A program made the translations under genes and the position numbers. Under the pieces are notes generated by a model that was not told the origin of the DNA, did not search any database, and saw nothing but the letters and a program-made list of their open reading frames with translations. A stretch of 64,000 nucleotides of DNA from the NCBI RefSeq assembly GCF_009914755.1, contig NC_060927.1, one strand, 5' to 3'. Shown here piece after piece: positions 57,385-64,000 of this stretch; position 1 is the stretch's first letter; every line of letters starts with the position of its first letter. This DNA comes from the human T2T-CHM13v2.0 reference genome, Homo sapiens.

Positions 57385-57785
57385 CCAGTGCTTCTTAAAT
57401 GTTAAAGTGCATAGAAATGACCATTAGATTTTGTTGAAATCCAGATTTGATTTGGTAGATGTGGTGTAGGGACTGAGATTCTGCATTTCTAACAAGCTCC
57501 CAGGTGATGCAAATGCTGCTGGTCTGTGGACCACCAGCAGTAATGCCCTACATCAGTGGTTAACTCTGGCCATCCATTAGCATCACTTGGGAGCCATTTA
57601 AAACTACTTATGCCCAGATCCCACCCCAGAACTAATTAAACTCACATTATTAGGGGTATGGCCTAAGCATCTTTACATTTGAAAAGCTCTACAGGTGTTT
57701 CTATAGGTAGTATGCCAGCTTGAGGCTGGAAATCTACCTAGACAAAGAAAAATGTGATATAGGTGGGGGTCAGTGGGAGGTGAGA

Positions 57786-57828
<43 letters not shown>

Positions 57829-58432
57829 GAGAGGAGAGGAAAGGGGAGGGGAGAATAGGGGAGAAAGGAGGGAAGAGGAAAGGAGGGGAGGGGAGGAGAG
57901 GAAGGAGGGGAGGGGAGGAGAGGAAGGGAGGGAGGGGGAAGGAAGAAAGGGAGGAAGGGAAAAGGGAGGGAGAAAGGGAGGAAGGGAAAGGGAGGGAAGA
58001 GGGAAAGAAGGAAGGAAGAAAGGAAGGAAGGAAGAAAGGAAGGAAGGAAAGAAGGAAGGAAGGAAGGAGGAAAGGAAGGAAAAAGCCTGTTTCCTCACTC
58101 CAAATCATGCTTCTCAAACATTAATGTGCATACAAATTGCCTAGGTACTTTGTCAAAATTCTAATTCTGACTCAATAGACCTGGAGTAAATATGGAGATT
58201 CTGCAGTTCTAAAAAATTTGTCTGCAAACCACATTTTGACTATCAAGAGTCTAAATCAGTGGTTTCCAAACACTGCTGTACATAGGGACCTCTAAAGGAA
58301 ACATATATGCTTTTTTCTTCCACCCCAATATTCTAATTTCATTGGTATGCGGTGCCATCTCAGGATGAGTATGTTCAGAAAGTATGTCAGGTGATTCTAG
58401 TGTGCAGCAAACTTTGTGAACCACTCCTCTAA
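57385..58432. mobile_element. Cluster of ~4 MER5-family MITEs flanking a simple repeat
   Basis: Repeated MER5 hallmarks (cagtg.ttct..aa, gattctgcatttctaacaagctcccaggtgat) at ~57385, ~57553, ~58105 and ~58257. Confidence 0.7.
57786..58085. repeat. (GT)n followed by a ~284-nt polypurine tract: (GA)n, (GGAGA)n, (GGAA)n-like
   Basis: Only one pyrimidine (T at 57856) between 57802 and 58085. Confidence 0.97.
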
Positions 58433-61119
58433 ATACTAAACATTTTAACTCATTTAAGAATCTCAAGCCCTTAAGATACGCAAGGCACAAATTCCGTCAG
58501 AGCTGCTCGGACTGCGTACCAACCCAAATCTTTGAGACAATGTTAAGTACATGGTGCACAAAAATCGCTGAAATTAGATCATGAATTGAACCTCAGGTCA
58601 ACTGATGTATTTTCCTCTCTTCTTTACCCTGTATGACAGGGAGTGATGCAAAGTTGTAAATAAGGAAGCAAAAATAAATTGATCTTATTTGTAAATAGCT
58701 GAAGTTCAACTTTCTGGATGCTGGACAAATGCTCTAAGAAAGGCTGTCAAATGCTAGAGGTAATGTGAAAGTTGTCAAGTGTTGGCGATGGGATTCAAGA
58801 TTAAACAGGCCATTAGATCTGGGTATGGGATAGAGAACTCTTGAACCCTCAACTGAGTCACGCAATATGACTCTATCTTTAAAGAGTTTCTACTAGAAAA
58901 GTATTATATATACATACATTTGAGAATGTCTTCCTAGAATTAGATTTGAATCTGTTGGGGGAAGAAGTTTGTACACGGCAGCATAAAATGTGAAAGATGC
59001 ACCAATTACAGTATTGCACAAATACACATTTCTCTTAATACACTCTTTTTGGCTGGAATAAAAATTTCAAGTTAGCTACCATCGTTAGCTGTGCCATTTG
59101 CACCAACTTAGAAAGTGAGGCCAATGTATAAGTAATTAGCCATTTTTAATCTGATTGCCAAGCAGCTAACACAGCTTCATTAAGAAAGTCCAGGAACTAA
59201 CATGCATAAAGACTTTCATCATGTTTTTTTTTTTTTTCAGAGGCAATTATGGGACCTCTGCAAAATGACCACAATGTTGGCCTACAGCAAAAGTCTTCGT
59301 TGCCTTTGGATCAGTGCTGTGATTCACTATATCATTGCTGTCTGGATTGACATAGAACTTCTGAACTGATTCTTTTCGGATGTATTTCTGAGATTCTTTC
59401 TCCTTTCTGAATTCAAAAGACTGAAAGAACAGCTAGAACTCTACTGTTAGCAATATGATCATTAAACCACCTGGAATGCTAAGTGACACGTAGCATGTTT
59501 TATGGGCAACGAAGGAAAATAAAAGATTACTGCCGAGAGATATAGCCTCTTTTTATGATTGAACAGGAATTAGTATACACATTGGAGGCAAAACTGTTAC
59601 CAAGAACCTTTGTCAAATAACTAAATTTAGTGACCAAATACCAGGTGTCATCTAAGCAAGAAAAACTGTTTCATAGTAAAATGATATTCTTTTTCTGTTG
59701 TTAACCTTATGTCCCAGAAATACTTAGTCAGCTAGAATATTACAAACCTTTATATGTTAAGGACTGCCTTTTTATTTTAAAATGGAGTATAATAGAGTTA
59801 ATAATATATGCCTCAAATATACTTATAGACATGGATTCTCTCATATGTGTACATCATTGTCAGACGTGGAGATGCCCATCAATGTATCATAAGAATAATC
59901 TGCCTGAACTGAAAATTGCCTGCTAGTCTTAATCCATGTTGATTCAGCTCTTTTTATACTATAAATGCTTGCCTAGGTTCAAATACTTTAAATCTACCAA
60001 TTAAATACTTAAAACACTTTATTGAACATAGAACTGCTATCATTCAACACTCCAGTTTCATTAATCAGCCCAGAAATAGGTAACTCACCACCATTCCCTG
60101 ATCCTAAGTACATTACCACAGTGACTGACATTCCTGGTTTAAAAATAAAATCTTGTTTCAAATATAGCTTCCCGAGTTCTGGGTAATGAATATAGTTTCA
60201 TAAAAGTTGACATCATTTCTTCTGATTTCGCCAGAATTAAATACATCCAGTATGCCTCCTGGATATCTGACCACCATATCACTCAAGGCTCTCACAACCT
60301 GGTGGGCGTTTTAAGGAGAAGGAGAAACAGACCTGCATAGATGGGGTTAAATCCAAAAGATATCTAATCTTGTGGTTAGAATAGTCGTTGTGTTTATGTG
60401 TGTTCAATATGCCATTCAGAAGTTGATTTTTACAGTTCATTTATCAGTTGGCATGCATACATTATGCAGATTTGCTTATGAGGAGAACATTAATATGTAC
60501 ATGTCCAGAACTAGTAAATGCATTATGCTTGGAAGCCAAGCAGTACTCCCATACACTGTTCTTCTTAGAGGTCAGTTCTAACGCATGCTGTTCCAAATAG
60601 ACCCAATTTCTCTGCTGATATATATTCAAAATGCAGTAGGATGTGGTCATACACACCCAGAAATACCATCTTCATGAGGTGGGGGTGGTGAAATTCAAAC
60701 ATTTTTTTTTTAGCAATGCATTATTGGATATCAGGTACAAACGTGCCTGTCAGCAATTCTAAAGCAAATGAAATAGATTTATTTGAGTCCATCCATTATA
60801 CAGAAAAGATATTGCTTTACTAACACATACCTCCTCCTCCTCCTCCATTTTGGGGGGACTCTCCCCACCTCCCCCCAAAAAACTCATCACAGTTCACTAC
60901 GCAACTGATGGAGTATTAAACACTGTCTTCCAAGCTGTGGGAGTTAAAAAGAAGTCGCCTTCCTGCCACACTTCCCCAGTGCTGCAATGGACATAGCATC
61001 TCCTCCTCTATCGACCTAGTATGATGCTCGCTCCCCAAGCACTGCAGTCCCCTCGCCGAGGATTGCCTTGGCCACACGCACATGCAGCGGGAAGTCCCCC
61101 GATAGGGACAACCACATAC

Positions 61120-61132
61120 CTTTGCTCTCCAT
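61120..61132 (-). CDS. FGF12: FGF12 isoform B (FHF1B) first coding segment: Met-Glu-Ser-Lys plus the first base of the next codon (phase 1); remaining CDS lies beyond the left edge of the window
   Basis: Minus strand reads ACCGAA-ATG GAG AGC AAA G|GTATGT: strong Kozak (G at -3, G at +4), consensus donor, in-frame TGA 27 nt upstream. Matches the known FGF12B N-terminus MESK|EPQLKGIVTRL. Confidence 0.92.
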
Positions 61133-61262
61133 TTCGGTCCCTTTCGAGTGCTGGGAAGTTCAATGGAAGTTGGCCGGAAGATGTGGGCCCGCTTCAGATT
61201 CCCAAATCTGGGAAGCCAATCTGATGATTTCGCCCGTACTTCCTTCCTTCCCCTCAGGCTTC
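61120..61262 (-). other. FGF12: FGF12B exon 2 (130 nt 5'UTR plus 13 nt CDS)
   Basis: Acceptor cccatctttcag|GAAGCC at 61263/61262; donor AAAG|gtatgt at 61120/61119; 143 nt. Confidence 0.88.
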
Positions 61263-61422
61263 CTGAAAGATGGGATTTCTTAAACCTTGAAGCTGCAATC
61301 AGCCACCAAAGGACACTTAGGAGCAGCAGCAGATTGCCTCTACAGGGGATACGTTGCGACGCGCATCTGATACTGAAATGCATGCACAGTGCCCGCTCAG
61401 ATTTTTTTTTTTTTTTTTTTAC

Positions 61423-61480
61423 CTGGGTCTGGAAGCTGCAGGCAGGAGCTGTCCTCCGAGCGTGGTGCTGCAGGTGTAGT
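61423..61480 (-). other. FGF12: FGF12B non-coding exon 1 (5' boundary approximate)
   Basis: Donor CCCAG|gtaaaa at 61423/61422 in the CpG-rich region; Inr-like TC|ACTAC at ~61480 downstream of promoter motifs. TSS is inferred. Confidence 0.7.
61445..61472 (-). promoter_or_regulatory. Non-canonical (9-nt spacer) RE1/NRSE-like site
   Basis: Minus strand TGCAGCACC-ACGCTCGGA-GGACAGCTCC contains both RE1 half-sites. Confidence 0.6.
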
Positions 61481-63493
61481 GACAGATCATCCCACTTTGC
61501 TCTCTGGATGCACAGCAGATTTGCATGGGCGCTGGCACGCATGCGCAGGGCGTCCCCCCTCCCCTTTTCACCGCCTCCCGCTCCCCCGCCCCCTTCGCCT
61601 CCCTCCCCAATACGGTCCTCAGTTATCCCAGCTGAGGAGCTGTAGCATTCGGTCACAGGGAAGCGCTGCTAAAAATAAACGCCGGACCGGATTTTCCTCT
61701 GCAAACTAGAAAATGGATTGGACTAGTACTGCGTGCATCAGGACGAATTACTGAAGTCTTAGAGGAGGCTAGTGTCTCCAGGCAGGGTATGGTTTTATTC
61801 AGAAGGCAGGGAGGAGAGATTTACGAATCGTTTTTAATGTTCACAATTTGGGTTTCTCTTTCTACTTGCTGCAGTAACTTTCCAGCTGTCTGCTTCCCTC
61901 TCCTCTCCCCACTGACTTCACATTGCTTGTTATATTCCTGTATGTGTTTTGTTTTGTTTTTCGAGAGTGGGGTGAGAGTAGTTATGGAGCTGTCAAAGGT
62001 TAATATTCTCTCGCTTCTTTGTTACTCAAACTCAGTGTTTTCCTGCCTGCCTCCACCTCAAAACTGTTCCATGAGCAGGCTCCAAGGCTTCTAAAGTTCT
62101 TCAAAAAAGCCACTGAGGATATTTTGAGGTGCTCTTTTTAGCTTTTTTCCAACAACCTGCAAGAAGTCCCCAAAGGTGGGGAGGCGTCTTATTGATAATA
62201 AGTACTTCCAAAAGCAATACCTAATCATTTTTGTGAAGTTGCAGGGATAGAGTATTTTTCTTGTACAGAGCTCTAGAGGAAGATGCAAAACCACAAATCT
62301 CTTGAAGTGCTACTTTCATATCAAAATATTTCTAAAGCCCACACTGTATTTCGTTTATATGCAAAATGTTTAACAGGAAAAATTGTGTTGTATTTACTAC
62401 CTTTTTTTTTCAATAGTCCAGATTTTCCTGAGGTGATCATCTCTCCTTGAGAATAATAATCTTATTCTCCAGAAGTCCAGAAAACTCTGTTATCTGAAAT
62501 GGTTAAGGAAGGAGATGTGCAGATTAGTCACATACTCTACTTCATGAAAGATCCTTCCACAGTAGGCTTCTAGTCCCAATTTTCAAAACATTGAAATATA
62601 ATAAAATGTACTCCCAACAAGAAACCTGGAGTTGTATCTAATTTAATCTTTTTCTGGTGATTCAGAGGGCATCCTTTGATTTTTCCAATGCCTGAGGGCC
62701 ATGATTACAAATATTAACCACGGATGGTTCAGCCAGACATGGACATTATTAGTGGAGGACTCCCACTAATGAACTGCTGTGGGTCAGCAACGCCTGGATC
62801 CATTCAGCATTTAGGAGTATCGGATTGCAGAGGCCACAACCTAGGGCCTACTAATTTTTAGGTTCTCCAACTGTATGCCAAAGTACGTGTTTGGAAGAAT
62901 CATAAAATTCAGGATTTCTTTTCAATGTTGAATAGGCTTAGGAAGTAAGCTTAGGGTGGGAGTAGTGTTGCTCCTTAAGAACAATAGTCTATTTCATTGA
63001 GATAAATAATTTCTGCTCTTAATACTGCACCCCGTTACATGTTCTTTCCTTCTCAAAGGTTTTAGAATAGGAGATATCTTTAGAATGCATCTCTATGTAC
63101 TCTTCATATTTATTCTTTTACAGACGGAGAAACTAAAGGCAGGGGAGGAGTGGCACTTGAAAAGAGTCACATGGTGAACCAGATCTGGGCTCAGAACCTA
63201 AGTGTCATACCTCAAAGGCAGAGGCAAGCCATCTATAGTCCAGAATGATTTTTCATATAACTGCCTTCCCATTATCTACAGTGAATAAGAACAGGGAGAA
63301 CCTTCTAGTTCATAAATTATCATTATTTTTATTCATAATTTTAAGAACCCAGCTGCTTTATTAAATAGAAAGCAAATCAAATTTAATGCAAAATTTGTGT
63401 TCTGACATTCAAGATCTTTCCATTCTTCTCCAAGCTTAACTCCTAGACAACAATTGCTATTATCCTAAACAAACCTCAAGATTGTTTTTAAAC

Positions 63494-63648
63494 CAGGGGA
63501 AAGTGGGATCACAGACCCCCACTACCACAAATTATGCAGTCTAGTTTCCCACGTATGGGGAAATTGCAGGGGTCAGCACATCTGGAATGCAATTGATAAG
63601 CCTTGACTGGGAAAACAACCTTCTTGCTCATGATAGCTCCTCTGTCAA
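63494..63648 (-). pseudogene. U1 snRNA retropseudogene, 5'-clipped
   Basis: Minus strand matches U1 (GATGTGCTGACCCCTGC, Sm site ATAATTTGTGGTAGTGGGGG, 3' end CTTTCCCCTG); TSD tcaagatt(g/t)tt(t/c)tt at 63476-63489 and 63645-63658; no snRNA promoter seen. Confidence 0.93.
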
Positions 63649-63689
63649 GATTTTTCTTACCTTTGCTTACATAGTCATTGCTGGAATAT

Positions 63690-64000
63690 CTTGACCTCAT
63701 CAAACCACTACCTACCACAAGTATCTACAAATTCAAATCTTATATTTTCCTCTAGATCCATCTCCTTCTTACAGTCTTCCCTGATACTCTTAGTCTGAAA
63801 ATATTCTCTACCAAGAACACTGATGATCCGCTCACTAATGATTCCAAAACTGATGAGTTACTTCTCTTCCATCACTATTTTTTATTCTGTACCAGAATGA
63901 TTTATGTATATATCTTGTTCCTTTTTCCCACTCATATTTTTAAATGGCCTCCTTTTACTTCAGTGTAGTCTAGAGTGTCCTGAACATAGGAAACAATAAA
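63690..64000 (+). mobile_element. L2 3' region
   Basis: cttacagtcttccctgat...ctagagtgtcctgaacataggaaacaataaa. Confidence 0.5.

Larger units (their letters stand above)
61000..61750 (-). promoter_or_regulatory. CpG-rich promoter region of FGF12B
   Basis: Local CpG/GC enrichment; octamer ATTTGCAT 61519-61526; NRF1-like CACGCATGCGCA 61536-61547; GC boxes ~61571-61593; CCAAT 61607-61611. Confidence 0.8.

Noticed and set aside
57673-58144. S/P/L/F-rich and E/G/R/K-rich ORFs
   Set aside because: Translations of the purine/pyrimidine simple repeat.
60916-61656. 246-aa minus-strand ORF and overlapping 165-aa/106-aa plus-strand ORFs
   Set aside because: They run through promoter, intron and poly-A/T tracts, are out of frame with MESK and show no recognisable domain; a GC-rich artefact.
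61620-61792. Possible divergent plus-strand exon ending AGG|gtatgg
   Set aside because: Weak donor; divergent transcription cannot be judged from sequence alone.

Overview
Primate (human or great-ape) genomic DNA, based on AluJ/S/Y, an SVA, L1s and Tigger1. The only gene recognised is the 5' end of FGF12 isoform B (FHF1B) on the minus strand. It comprises a CpG-rich promoter near 61.0-61.7 kb, non-coding exon 1 (donor at 61423), a 160-nt intron, and a 143-nt exon 2 (61120-61262) ending in ATG GAG AGC AAA G|gtatgt. This is the MESK start known to splice onto the EPQLKGIVTRLFSQQ core. Bases 1-61119 belong to the very large following intron, which is mostly transposon relics. None of the supplied ORFs looks like a real protein gene. 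I see no novel multi-gene system. The best leads are regulatory: a split (9-nt spacer) RE1/REST-like motif in exon 1, a spliced uORF in frame with the FGF12B start, a candidate 160-nt poison exon with consensus splice sites, a CpG-retaining MIR with promoter motifs, and a ~284-nt near-pure purine tract. Retroposition curiosities include a tailless 5S fragment, a 5'-clipped U1 copy and a partial AluYa5. All repeat subfamily calls are by eye.
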